Shown here: piece after piece, positions 45,153-56,100 of the stretch
Position numbering within the stretch: position 1 is the stretch's first letter
Layout of the letters: every line of letters starts with the position of its first letter
From: Patescibacteria group bacterium
GTDB lineage: Bacteria; Patescibacteriota; UBA1384; XYA2-FULL-43-10; 1-14-0-10-43-13
Reading direction: 5' to 3'
Assembly: GCA_041666325.1 (NCBI GenBank)
Contig: JBAYHC010000004.1
Span: 64,929 to 128,928 of the forward strand
Length of the DNA: 64,000 nucleotides
Program-made: the position numbers and the translations under genes
Notes under the pieces: generated by a model
Told to the model about the DNA's origin: nothing
Database searches by the model: none
The model's input: only the letters and a program-made list of their open reading frames with translations

Positions 45153-46535
45153 TTACGATTCGAGCATTTGTAGTGCTCGATCAATTCTTTGCAATGATTC
45201 GGATTTGCCTAGCGCTATCAATAGTTCAACAGGCGATGGAGATTTCTCCTCACCAGAAAGCGCCACTCGAACAGGCCAAAAAACATCACCATTCGTTAGA
45301 TTCAAATCACTAACCACCCCCAGAAGTAAGTTTTGCAATTCTTCGTTGCTCCAAATATCTGTCGCCGCAAGCTTAACTCTTGCCTCTTTTAGTCCAGCAA
45401 GTGTTTTTACTTTGGTTGATTTCTTAAAGACGAGGAGATCGGCATCGTACCTTGGTTCACTGCGCAACTTCTCAATGGTGTCAACGATCTCTCTCAAGGT
45501 CTTGTAGCCGCCACGCTGGGCCAGAGCAATCTCGCCCTCAGTCGGGCACGGAAGACCAAAACCAGCCAACTCCACCGCAAGCCTTCCCGGATCTTGATCG
45601 CGAATATATTTTTCATTGATACTGTTGAGCTTGTCGACATCAAAAACAGCCGGAGACGTATTGATGTTTTCCAGACTAAACTCACGAATTAGCTGCTCTC
45701 TGGTAAATTCTTCTCTGTTGTCCTTAGGATTCCAGCCAAGAAGCACCAAAAAGTTAACGAGCGCATCTGGCAAATATCCAGCCTCCTTGTATTCAAGTGT
45801 TGATGTCGCCCCATGCCTCTTGGAGAGTTTCTTGCGGTCCGAACCAAGGATGAGCGGCAGATGAGCGAAGAGTGGTGGTTCCCAGCCAAAAGCTTTATAA
45901 AGTTCGATATGCTTAGGCGTTGAAGAGAGCCATTCTTCAGCCCGAATAACATGGCTAATCTCCATTTCATGATCGTCAACAACCGCTGCTAAATGATATG
46001 TTGGAAAGCCATCAGATTTTAAAATAACGGGATCATCAATCAAAGCGGCATCAAAGTCGATCCGACCCTTCACTAAATCGTTAACCTCAATAATCCCAGA
46101 ATGGGGCATCTTCAGACGGATGACACAGCCTTCTTTGTATTTGAGATCGAGATCACGGCATTGACGATCGTATTGAGGCGGAAGCTTTTTTTTCTCTTGC
46201 TCCTCCCGTAGTTTTTCCAGGCGATCCTTCGAGCATTCACAGACATAGGCAGAACCCTTTTCAACTAGCTCGAGAGCGTGTTTAAGATAGATATCTTTGC
46301 GTTCAGACTGAACCATCGGATTATCAAAGTTGTCGGGTGTTATCGAAAGCCAATTGAGAGAAGCGACAATCTGTTCAATTGCGCTCTCATCGTATCGCTC
46401 GCGGTCAGTGTCCTCGATACGCAACAAAAACTCGCCTCCGCTGTGCTGGGCGAAGAGATATGAAAACAGTGCCGACCTGACATTGCCGATATGCAGCTTG
46501 CCAGTCGGGCTTGGAGCGAATCGCGTTCTAATCAT
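45153..46535 (-). CDS. gltX: glutamate--tRNA ligase
   Basis: RFAPSPTGKLHIGN (HIGH), KLSKRHG (KMSKS), and a class I core. Confidence 0.85.
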   Translation of the reverse strand: MIRTRFAPSPTGKLHIGNVRSALFSYLFAQHSGGEFLLRIEDTDRERYDESAIEQIVASLNWLSITPDNFDNPMVQSERKDIYLKHALELVEKGSAYVCECSKDRLEKLREEQEKKKLPPQYDRQCRDLDLKYKEGCVIRLKMPHSGIIEVNDLVKGRIDFDAALIDDPVILKSDGFPTYHLAAVVDDHEMEISHVIRAEEWLSSTPKHIELYKAFGWEPPLFAHLPLILGSDRKKLSKRHGATSTLEYKEAGYLPDALVNFLVLLGWNPKDNREEFTREQLIREFSLENINTSPAVFDVDKLNSINEKYIRDQDPGRLAVELAGFGLPCPTEGEIALAQRGGYKTLREIVDTIEKLRSEPRYDADLLVFKKSTKVKTLAGLKEARVKLAATDIWSNEELQNLLLGVVSDLNLTNGDVFWPVRVALSGEEKSPSPVELLIALGKSESLQRIDRALQMLES

Positions 46536-46603
46536 GCTTTGATCTTAACATAATCTTGCCATTTTCTAAAGAGTAGGCTAGACTTTCAGCGAGCCTGTCA
46601 GCT

Positions 46604-47353
46604 ATGACGGGTTTCGGCAAGGAGAAGACGATGGCAGAACCAACCAGGGAAAACATTGCCAAAGCTTCAGACAAATTGATTATTCCTCCCGGAAGCCAAG
46701 TTAACAAGTATCTTGACTTGATCGATCGAGACAGCCAGGGTGATCACACAGGGCTTGGCCCTATCTATCATGGTCCAGACCTCGAGTTCACTTCCTATCC
46801 CGGCAGGAATCTGATAGTTGATGCGTATGTAATTGAGCGTGCCAGCATTCCGGAGCTCAAAGACCACTCCGTCACAGCTTATCGCAATTTGACCGGCTTC
46901 TCACTTGAAATGTTGCCCGGCATGATCGAGGCCACCATTCTGGCCGGGTCAGATCATCTGATCCTGCCATATCCCGGGACCAATAACTGGGATGAGCCTA
47001 AGAGATGGATGGTCGCCAAGAACAAAGCGGTCGAGGCGGCACAAAGGCCTAGTCAGCCGAAAACATACATGTGGTCTCCTCCGAGTCTGGGCGGCATTAT
47101 ATCTGGTGCTGCTGCCAGTTTCGGTTTCGATGGTATCATTACCCACTTTGGAGGTTTTCCTTCGGCCAAAAGCCAGTCCGAAGGAAAACAGGTTGAAATC
47201 ATCGTCGAGCTCGATGATGGCGATGAAGATACTGTTACCAAGGCCCTTCAGGCCGGAGCAGATAAAGTAATCGTTTACGGCCTTGATACGAGCACCGATC
47301 AGTGCGTTAAGCGAGTCCAAACCTTGATCAACGAGATCATCGCCACTCTTTAG
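46604..47353 (+). CDS. hypothetical protein (possible TIM-barrel-like C-terminus)
   Basis: ORF; the C-terminal block VEIIVELDDG...ALQAGADKVIVYGLD is weakly reminiscent of phosphate-binding barrels. Confidence 0.45.
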   Translation: MTGFGKEKTMAEPTRENIAKASDKLIIPPGSQVNKYLDLIDRDSQGDHTGLGPIYHGPDLEFTSYPGRNLIVDAYVIERASIPELKDHSVTAYRNLTGFSLEMLPGMIEATILAGSDHLILPYPGTNNWDEPKRWMVAKNKAVEAAQRPSQPKTYMWSPPSLGGIISGAAASFGFDGIITHFGGFPSAKSQSEGKQVEIIVELDDGDEDTVTKALQAGADKVIVYGLDTSTDQCVKRVQTLINEIIATL

Positions 47354-47436
47354 TCCTCACTGACCATTTCGCCCCCCCGACGAGTCGGGGGAATCCCCAC
47401 ACTCATTGATCTTTTGTTCACATCCTTTTTCCCTGC

Positions 47437-47462
47437 GCCTGCCCCAGGCGCTTTTTTGAACA
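47437..47462 (+). terminator. rho-independent terminator
   Basis: GCGCCTG-cccc-AGGCGC followed by TTTTTT. Confidence 0.6.
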
Positions 47463-47486
47463 ACAAAAAAGACGCCCGGAAGGACG

Positions 47487-47825
47487 TCATGGTTGGCCAA
47501 CTCTGCTTCGGACAGAGCTTAATATAAGACGGACAATTTCCCTCTCATCCAGTTCACCGGCCAAATATTGGTCCAGGATTTTGTGCAAACCAGGATAAGT
47601 TTCAAACAACTTGGCTATGGCTGCTCTCCTGCAGCTACAATATTCACACCGAATGATGTGTTCTTTTTTGAGTTCATCCAGTGCGTCACCACGGAGCAGG
47701 TCAACCAAAAGCACATGACTTGGGTCTTGATCAAATGCATGAATTTCTTCATCGGTAAATCGCCTGTTTGAATCAGGTGGGAGCATCCCACAAATAGTCC
47801 TTTCCATTGAGTCGCCGTGTCCCAT
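47487..47825 (-). CDS. hypothetical protein with zf-HC2-like motif (possible anti-sigma factor)
   Basis: H-x3-C-x2-C element HIIRCEYCSC. Confidence 0.4.
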   Translation of the reverse strand: MGHGDSMERTICGMLPPDSNRRFTDEEIHAFDQDPSHVLLVDLLRGDALDELKKEHIIRCEYCSCRRAAIAKLFETYPGLHKILDQYLAGELDEREIVRLILSSVRSRVGQP

Positions 47826-47970
47826 ACGATCACCCCCTCTCCTCCCTATTCGTTATCATAGATAATTATGATGTCTTTGTCAATGTAGACCAAATTGCCT
47901 GGCCCCGCTTGATTCAAAAGCTGTGACTGTGATAGGTTAAAAACATAATTACCACTCATTGGAGGTTAGG

Positions 47971-48861
47971 ATGGAAGGACTTAGGCCACCAGATGGAGAA
48001 ATCAAGGTAGATGAAAATCTTGATCTCTATTCATTGCCACGCGAAAAACGCCCGCCTACCGAAAAAACACCGTCTTCTATCAAAGAGTTAGCAGAAACAC
48101 GCCAGAAACTCCTGGAAACAACAGCATTGTTGTCTCATCCAGAATTCCAAAGGGAACTTTATCAGTTCAGCAAAGCTATAGCCGAGTTCATTCATCGCAA
48201 GCAGATTCCGCATACCGTTCTTCTAGACCGATCTGCCCGGCCAATATACGTTGGAGTAATCGAATACTGGCGCCGCAGATATCAAGAAGAGCCCTTACCA
48301 CAAATTCACTTTGTCAACCCAGATGGGTTCAAAGCAGCAAATAGACTTGGTGTCCAACAAATGTTAAAAGTGGCCACAGACTCTATGCTAAAACAGGACG
48401 TTGTTTACAACCCCTTTGATATGCGTGAAAGCAGTGAAATTATTGAGGAATTTCAAAGGACATATCATCGGCTGTACGCAGATAGGGACAAACCCGTGCT
48501 CATCATGGATGTCTGCTCGCATAGCGGCGAAGCAATCAGACATGTCAAAACGATCTTCCAAGAAGCGGGTTTCAGCAACCTAGCGGTTGCCACCGTAAGC
48601 CCACCAGATGATCCCAACAACGATGTCGTAGATCTAGTTATATCCGACAGAGAAGCAACTGCAGGTTGCTACCCATTTGGCCATGATACTATGGTTACTA
48701 AAAACATAAAGCGTACTTACTCAGACCCAAATCCGGCTTGGGGCGCACATCAGCTAGCCGGAACTCTTCGAAGAAACATTAAGAAAGTTGTTGGTGAGTG
48801 CTACAAATTAGACCACCAACAAGTCACCCTACAACGCCAACTCAAAACACAGCATTTCTAA
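47971..48861 (+). CDS. hypothetical protein (possible phosphoribosyltransferase-like fold)
   Basis: GGAGG RBS 5 nt upstream; VLIMDVCSHSGEAI loosely resembles a PRTase PRPP-binding loop. Confidence 0.45.
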   Translation: MEGLRPPDGEIKVDENLDLYSLPREKRPPTEKTPSSIKELAETRQKLLETTALLSHPEFQRELYQFSKAIAEFIHRKQIPHTVLLDRSARPIYVGVIEYWRRRYQEEPLPQIHFVNPDGFKAANRLGVQQMLKVATDSMLKQDVVYNPFDMRESSEIIEEFQRTYHRLYADRDKPVLIMDVCSHSGEAIRHVKTIFQEAGFSNLAVATVSPPDDPNNDVVDLVISDREATAGCYPFGHDTMVTKNIKRTYSDPNPAWGAHQLAGTLRRNIKKVVGECYKLDHQQVTLQRQLKTQHF

Positions 48862-49204
48862 TGTGATCAATCTTCGGTTCGCCATCGCCAAACTCAATAC
48901 CGATTACATCAATCCGAATGGTTCTGTTCGGATATTTTTGCTCGAGCGCTCTGGCTAGCATTTTGAGCTTTTGTTGTTTTTTGAAACGCACCAGCTCTTG
49001 GGCCAAGCCAAATCCAGTACCACGGACAGTTTTAACCTCGACAATGACGATAACTTGGTGATCTTCAGCCAGAATATCAATCTCGCCAAAGGAAAAATTT
49101 ATATTCCGGCCCAATATTTTATAACCCAGAGCCAACAGATACTTTTCTGCCTCGTTCTCACCTCTTGCACCCGTGCTCTTGTTTTTCGTCTTGTCAAACA
49201 TCAT
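48842..49204 (-). CDS. YraN-family (UPF0102) endonuclease-like protein
   Basis: GENEAEKYLLALGYKILGRNINFSFGEIDILA ... VIVIVEVKTVR matches the YraN pattern. Confidence 0.7.
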   Translation of the reverse strand: MMFDKTKNKSTGARGENEAEKYLLALGYKILGRNINFSFGEIDILAEDHQVIVIVEVKTVRGTGFGLAQELVRFKKQQKLKMLARALEQKYPNRTIRIDVIGIEFGDGEPKIDHIRNAVF

Positions 49205-49240
49205 AGTAATGAAAAGTTAAAAAATTTAATAAGGAGGAAA

Positions 49241-49492
49241 ATGCCCCTAACTGAAGCCCCCTCGATGTTACCGCAAGATCCTGAGATGGGAAAACCGCTG
49301 GAAAGCCGCCCTGTGGCAATCAGGCGTTTGGAGCGCGAAATTGCCATTGTTGAGGGATGCCTGGATTACGAGATAGGCTCTGAACCAAACGAATACAGCC
49401 ACCCGCTCACTGTCAATAAATCACACACTGAGCTGTTGGACATGCTAAAACAACGCAAACGAGAACTGGATGATCTAATTGCCAACAGATAG
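49241..49492 (+). CDS. hypothetical small protein (83 aa)
   Basis: AAGGAGG RBS 4 nt before the ATG (MPLTEAP). Confidence 0.4.
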   Translation: MPLTEAPSMLPQDPEMGKPLESRPVAIRRLEREIAIVEGCLDYEIGSEPNEYSHPLTVNKSHTELLDMLKQRKRELDDLIANR

Positions 49493-49541
49493 CGGCGTGG
49501 TTGCGTTCCCCTTTCTACTTTCTATTCTCAGCCTTACATAA

Positions 49542-49748
49542 TCAGCCTCTGCCCTCCTGATTTAGAATTTTAATCTGTCTCTCCAAAAAATCCAAACGGT
49601 GCCTGACATCGGCCAGCTCTTTGGCGAAAGCAATATCATCATCATACGAGCGTTTTTCGATACTATCGATCTTTGTGATAATCTCGCCCAAATCAGCGCG
49701 CAGCTCCTTGATCTCTCCTTTGACGGAAATAAGCTCTTTCTCAATCAT
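49542..49748 (-). CDS. hypothetical small coiled-coil protein (68 aa)
   Basis: ORF with a heptad-like periodicity. Confidence 0.35.
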   Translation of the reverse strand: MIEKELISVKGEIKELRADLGEIITKIDSIEKRSYDDDIAFAKELADVRHRLDFLERQIKILNQEGRG

Positions 49749-49816
49749 AATTTTCCCTTCGTCATTAACATCAAAAACGGCTTTTCAGTATAGCACGAAT
49801 GTTGTATTTTTAGACT

Positions 49817-50248
49817 ATGAAAGCAGGCAAAGATTTTATCGGCGTGGGTTGTGGAGCATTAATCGTTAATGACAAAGGCGAGACTTTATTGATGAAGCGT
49901 GCAGCCAAAAGTAAGAACGAAGTGGGCTACTGGACTAAGCCCGGCGGCACTATTGAGTTTGGAGAAACTGTAGCCGAGGCTATCAAGCGCGAAGTGAAAG
50001 AAGAGCTAGGTATCGAAGTCGAACTGACAGATTTCATCAACTATACCGACCACATCATTGCCGAAGAAGAACAGCACTGGATTGCGATCAATTATGCAGC
50101 GAGAATTATCCGCGGCAAACCCAGAATAATGGAACCAGAAAAAGCGGAAGAAATCCGCTGGTTTCCACTGGATGAATTGCCTGACAAGATCTCCCAGACT
50201 ACCATTGAGCCAGCAGAAGTCTATCTAGATAAACACAAAGGAACATAG
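49817..50248 (+). CDS. NUDIX hydrolase
   Basis: Nudix box GGTIEFGETVAEAIKREVKEELGI. Confidence 0.75.
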   Translation: MKAGKDFIGVGCGALIVNDKGETLLMKRAAKSKNEVGYWTKPGGTIEFGETVAEAIKREVKEELGIEVELTDFINYTDHIIAEEEQHWIAINYAARIIRGKPRIMEPEKAEEIRWFPLDELPDKISQTTIEPAEVYLDKHKGT

Positions 50249-50249
50249 T

Positions 50250-50471
50250 ATGAGTGAGCAACTTGGCCCGATTCCAGCAGAAGAGCAAATGCTTCAGATT
50301 GAAAAGGAAATCAATCGAAGAATGCTCGAGATGAGGGAAATTATTCAAAAGAGTCCACACGGTCGTGCTTCTGGGCATCTCTATCTTAGCCACCCGGTTA
50401 TCCGCAGGCTTGATGACGAAATTGCAGACTTAAAAACTAAACTAGAAGATTTAAAAAGTGAAACTGCCTAG
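50250..50471 (+). CDS. hypothetical small protein (73 aa)
   Basis: ORF translationally coupled to the Nudix gene (TAGTATG). Confidence 0.4.
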   Translation: MSEQLGPIPAEEQMLQIEKEINRRMLEMREIIQKSPHGRASGHLYLSHPVIRRLDDEIADLKTKLEDLKSETA

Positions 50472-50649
50472 CTAGTATCTTGTTAAAACAAAAATGCCCC
50501 AATCGGTTGACTCGGCCAGGTACCAGGTGGTACAAGGTTTCGCTTGGACTAGGGCATTCATTAATTGTATTATATCACATCGCTTCCGCTTGTGCCTGAT
50601 TGAGCGTAATTTGAGAAGCACATGTATAAAATGTTGCGGCAGGAGAGGA

Positions 50650-51147
50650 TTATTCCTTAATTCGATCTCCGGCAGCTATTCTTGCTTTGCGCTCAATTTC
50701 CTCTTCCTCGGCCTTTTTCTTGGCCTCGGCCTCGGCGGCTTCCTTGGCCTTTTCCTCAGCAATTCTAGCTATCTCTTCCTCTGCCTCTTTCTCTTCCCAG
50801 ACAACCAAATCTCGATTTACTTCCTTGAGTCTGGCGTTTTTGCCGGTAAGCTCTCTCATGAAGTAGAGCTTACTGCGACGGACTTTGGATTGTTTGATGC
50901 GCTCGACTTTAACGATCTTTGGTGAATGAATTGGGAAGGTTCTCTCGACGCCAACACTAAAGGATTCTTTTCGGACAGTAAACGTACCGTCAAGACCATT
51001 GCCGTGTTTGGTAGCAATCACAAGGCCCTCAAAAATCTGAACACGTTCTTTGCCTGCTTCTCGGACGAGAAGGTGGACACGGACAGTGTCGCCACTAGCG
51101 ACGGCCGGAGCATTCTTTTTGGTATATTTTTCGAGTAATTTTTCCAT
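50650..51147 (-). CDS. rplS: 50S ribosomal protein L19 with C-terminal Lys/Ala/Glu-rich extension
   Basis: GDTVRVHLLVREAGKERVQIFEGLVIA...HSPKIVKVE matches L19; about 50 extra residues of AEEKAKEAAEAEAKKKAEEEE follow. Confidence 0.85.
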   Translation of the reverse strand: MEKLLEKYTKKNAPAVASGDTVRVHLLVREAGKERVQIFEGLVIATKHGNGLDGTFTVRKESFSVGVERTFPIHSPKIVKVERIKQSKVRRSKLYFMRELTGKNARLKEVNRDLVVWEEKEAEEEIARIAEEKAKEAAEAEAKKKAEEEEIERKARIAAGDRIKE

Positions 51148-51155
51148 GTCAGTGC

Positions 51156-51446
51156 TTATTTAGCTGATTCCTGTGAAACAACGTGAACGAATGTTCGTTT
51201 TTCTTTGTTTCCATTAAATGCAGTTGCTCTTTTTTGTTGGAACTTGACTGTGCCTGAGGCTAGAGCAAACAATGTGTCATCGCCACCCCGACCAACATTG
51301 TCACCAGGGTGATATTTGGTGCCACGTTGGCGAATAATGATACCACCAGCCGAGACTCTCTGGTCACCAAAAATCTTGACTCCAAGCATCTTTGGATTCG
51401 AATCTCGTCCTAGTCTTGTACTACCACCGGCTTTTTTATGGGCCAC
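51156..51446 (-). CDS. rpmA: 50S ribosomal protein L27
   Basis: [29 protein letters not shown] ... [14 protein letters not shown]. Confidence 0.85.
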   Translation of the reverse strand: MAHKKAGGSTRLGRDSNPKMLGVKIFGDQRVSAGGIIIRQRGTKYHPGDNVGRGGDDTLFALASGTVKFQQKRATAFNGNKEKRTFVHVVSQESAK

Positions 51447-51470
51447 AGCAACTCCTCTGGGGATGAAATC

Positions 51471-52727
51471 TTAGCTCTTGTTCCCCAAAAACACAATTTT
51501 ACGTTTAACTACCTGATAATCCCTGCCATAAATTAATGGCGGACGTATATCAATATAACCTAATTTTTTAATCTCGTCAACACTCTCCTCAAATAAATCA
51601 AAACGATTAGTGTCAGAGGTCTCGACGAGAGGGAAAACAAGACACAAGTTTGATAGCGCGAGCACATTGGCATCAGACAATTTTTTGATATTTTGCAAAA
51701 ATTTAATATATATATCTTTAATCTTTCTGTATTCACCCCTGGCACTGTTCAATGATGGCTTAAACTTCTTCGGTTGACCAAGATATGGCTCAGTGATAAT
51801 AAAGCTTTTTAGTTTTAGGCTCTCTGCCTTGGAGCTCAACCAGTTTAAAAGCTCATTCGTAGTTGCATCAATCTGTTCAATATCAATGATCGAACTCGCT
51901 AAATCAGGAAATCTGCCAGCAAGCCATTCTAGATTTTGTTTTGTATCGAGTACCGCCTTGCTAGAAACATCGCTGCCAGCCACATCGTACCCAAGCAATA
52001 GAGCCTCTATCAAGATATTACCGGAGCCACAAAAAGGATCGATTACCACGCTCTTGATCTCAATATTTTCGTTTTTCAGCGCAAGACTGTTCTCTTCTGT
52101 CGCAATATTAACCAACATTCTTGCCAATTTAGGCGGCACCATGCCTGAGTAGCGGTCCCCTGCCGGCTTGCCATAATCACGCTCGCCCCACTCCTCGGGG
52201 TTATTTAGTGCAATTAGAGCTCCGACACCAGACTCAAAAAGGCCAATTTCGATACCTCCGTCTATCAGCTTGTTTTTAAGAACAACGATCGACGACAGCT
52301 CGTTACTATCACGCAGAGCAACGAAGCGCGAGTTTATGCCCGCCTTTTTGAGCTCTTTTTTTACCTCAAGACCGAGAGAGTTTACTCCCCACTGCGACAA
52401 CTTCCTGGTGTATGATGAAATACCAAAGTCCGTCTTACCAGATTTGTTGGGCCGGCACTCTGCAATAGCCTTCGCAAGATCGGTTTTTGTGCTATTTGGG
52501 CCCGGTATCAACTGAAAAATCTTAACCACGCCAGCCAAAACTTCAATTAACTTTGCAACATCTTCCTCTGACTTGTCAACGTTGGCAAAAACAACGTTTC
52601 CCGATACACTGGTGACATCAAAACAAAAATCAAAGCGGTGAAAAACCGCTTTTAATTCCTCCAGGGCCAGCTCGCGTTCCCGCCCCAAAACAAAAGCAAA
52701 TGTATTTTGGCTCACAATAGAACTCAT
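51471..52727 (-). CDS. THUMP-domain class I SAM-dependent RNA methyltransferase
   Basis: SAM motif I VIDPFCGSGNILIEALLLG; N-terminal THUMP-like region. Confidence 0.65.
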   Translation of the reverse strand: MSSIVSQNTFAFVLGRERELALEELKAVFHRFDFCFDVTSVSGNVVFANVDKSEEDVAKLIEVLAGVVKIFQLIPGPNSTKTDLAKAIAECRPNKSGKTDFGISSYTRKLSQWGVNSLGLEVKKELKKAGINSRFVALRDSNELSSIVVLKNKLIDGGIEIGLFESGVGALIALNNPEEWGERDYGKPAGDRYSGMVPPKLARMLVNIATEENSLALKNENIEIKSVVIDPFCGSGNILIEALLLGYDVAGSDVSSKAVLDTKQNLEWLAGRFPDLASSIIDIEQIDATTNELLNWLSSKAESLKLKSFIITEPYLGQPKKFKPSLNSARGEYRKIKDIYIKFLQNIKKLSDANVLALSNLCLVFPLVETSDTNRFDLFEESVDEIKKLGYIDIRPPLIYGRDYQVVKRKIVFLGNKS

Positions 52728-53130
52728 AGTGCTCTTACTATACCAGAAATTATATCGTTTGTCACTCGGTTAGTTTTGTTAAAAAAGGGGGCATCTCCAC
52801 GTGGATAGCCCCGACGGCGTTGAGGGCTCACGCCCCCATGCGAGTCCAGGCTCGCATTCAGTCCTTCATCCCAGCCGTGCGACGACTGAGCACAATCTGC
52901 TCGGGATCTTGGCCCACTCCCCATGCTTCCTCACCCTTGTCGTGGGCCTTTGCCGAACTCGGTCTCTCGTCGACAGCTACCGTAGCCGACACGGGGAAGA
53001 GTAGCACTGCGGCTCTTCCGCGTACATTGTGGCCGGCAGCCGCACCTCGAACGCTCCGACTCGCCATGGCACACCTCCCAATGATGATCTATGTCATCCA
53101 TAGTATATTAATTAATCCCCAACATCAAGA

Positions 53131-56100
53131 ATGGACGATCAAGAAAAAAAATTTGTCCACCTCCATGTCCATAGCCATTTCTCCATGCTCGATGGTATGG
53201 GTAAGATTCCCGATCTTGTCGCCAAGGCCAAGGCCGAGGGCCAGCATGCGCTCGCTCTTACCGACCATGGCGTCATGCACGGATCGATTGAATTCTATGA
53301 GGAGTGCGAGAAACAGGGTATCAAGCCATTGATCGGCGTTGAGACCTACGTTGCTGCCAGAACACTGCGGGACAAAACTCCGCGCATTGACGCCCACCCT
53401 TATCACCTTGTACTCATCGCCAAGAACGACGAAGGATATCGAAACTTGCTCAAGCTAACCTCGATTGCACACCTTGAGGGCTATTACTACAAGCCTCGCA
53501 TTGACAAAGAAACTTTGCGCCAGCACTCGAAGGGCGTAATAGGCCTCTCTGCCTGCCTGCAAGGCGAGGTCACGCGAAAATCGCTCGAAAGCCTGGACAA
53601 AGCCCGCGAAGCACTCAAGGAATATTTGGAAATCTTCGAGCCTGGAGATTTTTACCTCGAGGTCCAAAAGCACCCCTCAATTCGAGAGCAGGAAACAGCC
53701 AATGCAAATATCTTTACGCTTGCAAAAGAGTTCAACCTGAAGGTCGTGGCGACGTGCGACACTCATTATGTCAACAAAGAGGACGCCATCGCCCAGGACG
53801 CCCTGATCTGCCTTCAGACAGGCAGGCTCCTGTCAGACACCAATCGGATGTCGATGGCAGACGATGACTATTCTCTGATGACAACCGATCAAATGCTAGC
53901 CAACTTTCCAGACAACCCCGAGGTTATCACCAATACAGTCGAGATTGCAGACAAGTGTAGCCTCACCATGGAGCTAGGTAAGTTTAAATTCCCCGAGTTT
54001 CCATTACCGGAAGGCGAAACTTATGAATCATATTTGCGCAAACTGATTGACGAGAGACTGCCACAAAGAGTCGGGGAAATCACGCCCAGCATGAGAGAGC
54101 GTCTGGAATACGAACTAGATGTTATCAAACAAAAAGGATATCTGGGATACTTTCTCATTGTTCAAGATTTCTTCAACTGGGCCAAGGAGCATGGAATCCC
54201 GACCAATACGAGAGGCTCGGCCGCTGGTTGTTTTGTCTCTTACGCTGTGGGTATAACTCCAAAGCAGCTAAACCCACTGGACTACAATTTGCCCTTCGAG
54301 CGCTTTTTGAACCCTTTCCGACCCTCGGCGCCTGATATTGACGCTGACATTGCTGATTCCGGACGTGACGCCATTATCCAATATGTGTCGGACAGATACG
54401 GCAAAGACCACGTGGCCCAAATTATCACCTTTGGTACCATGGCTGCCCGCATGGCAGTCAGAGACGTCGGCCGAGTGCTCGGCATGACCTATAACGAGGT
54501 CGACATAATAGCCAAACTGATTCCGCCGATGAAAACGACTCTTGATCAGGCGCTCGAAAACATCGCGGAGCTAAAAAGTCTCTACAATTCAGACGGGCAC
54601 GTCAGGCAGTGCATAGACATCGCCAGGAAGCTTGAGGGTGTTGTTCGCCACGCCTCCGTTCACGCTGCCGGCGTCGTGATAGCGCCCGAGGATATCACCA
54701 ATTTCACCCCTGTTATGATGGATGCCAAAAACGAACGGCTTATCACTCAATACGAGATGCACGCGGTAGGTGAGGATGGCGTAGGATTGATCAAGATGGA
54801 CTTTCTGGGATTGGCCAACTTGTCAATCATCCAAAATGCTCTGCGCATCATTCGAAAAACAAGAGGCACCGAGATAAACCTCGATGAAATCCCCCTGGAC
54901 GACAAAAAAGCCTTTGAGCTCCTCTCCCGCGGCGAGACAATCGGCGTCTTCCAGTTGGAAAGTGAGGGCATGAGAAAAAATATCAAGGAGCTTCGCCCGA
55001 CAAGCATTCACGATATCATGGCCATGGTCGCCCTATATCGTCCTGGCCCAATGGCGTTCATCCCTGAGTATATTGCCCGAAAACGCAATCCGGCACGAAT
55101 TGTTTATCCTGACGCCCGCATGGAAAAAATTCTTGCCAAGTCTCTTGGCTTAATCGTCTACCAAGACGATGTTTTGATGATCGCAATCGAGCTTGCCGGA
55201 TACAACTGGCAAGAGGTTGACAAGTTTAGAAAGGCTATCGGCAAAAAGATTATCAAGGAGATGGCCGCGCAAAAAGAGAAATTCTTCAAACAGATCATCG
55301 AGCGAGGCATGCAGCAAGAAGTAGCGACTGAACTCTGGGCACAGATCGAGACATTCGCCGGCTACGGTTTCAACAAGGCCCATGCTGCGAGTTATGGTAT
55401 TGTCGCATATCAAACCGCCTACCTCAAGGCCAACTATCCGCCGGAATACATGTCCGCTCTCATGACCTCGAACAAGGACGACCTTGACAAGCTGGCAATG
55501 GAGATAGAAGAGTGCAAACGAATGGGTATCGAGGTTATGGTTCCCTCCATCAACGAATCCTTCGTTGACTTCGGCGTGGTCAAGGACACAAACAACGTTC
55601 GCTTTGGCCTGTCCGCCATCAAAAACGTTGGCCAGGCCGTTGCCGAAGCAATCGTTGAGGAGAGAAAAAACGGTGGCAACTACAAAGACTTGAAGGATTT
55701 TGTCACCAGGCTCGACTCGAAGGTAATTAATAAAAAGTCTCTGGAATCGCTTGTTATGGCTGGAGCGATGGAGGATCTGGGTGAGCGTGCCGAGCTGCTC
55801 TTCAACATGGAGAAGATCCTCGCTTTTGCAAGCATCTTTCACAAAAATAAATCTGCCGGACAATCATCTCTCTTTGGCGACTCAACCGAAGTGCAGATAG
55901 GCGATATTCCGCTCGAGGCCACAAGACCGGCAGACCAGAAACAGCGCTTGGCCTGGGAGCGGGAGCTGCTTGGCATGTACATCTCCGAACACCCCCTTTC
56001 AAATATCGGGCCCCTGCTTGAACAGGCCCGCACCAAAGCACTGTCAGAGATCAAGGAGAACCTGGAAAACCAATTTGTCAGAGTTTCGGGCATAATCACG

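Noticed and set aside
52728-53130. RNase P RNA or tmRNA in the GC-rich spacer before dnaE
   Set aside because: No GGAAAGUCC / ACAGAA P4 strands and no tRNA-like GGUUCGA...CCA 3' end were found; kept only as an unexplained region.
52820-53332. 170-aa ORF spanning the GC-rich spacer into dnaE
   Set aside because: It overlaps the dnaE start in another frame and has Arg/Ala/Pro/Ser-rich composition typical of spurious GC-rich ORFs.
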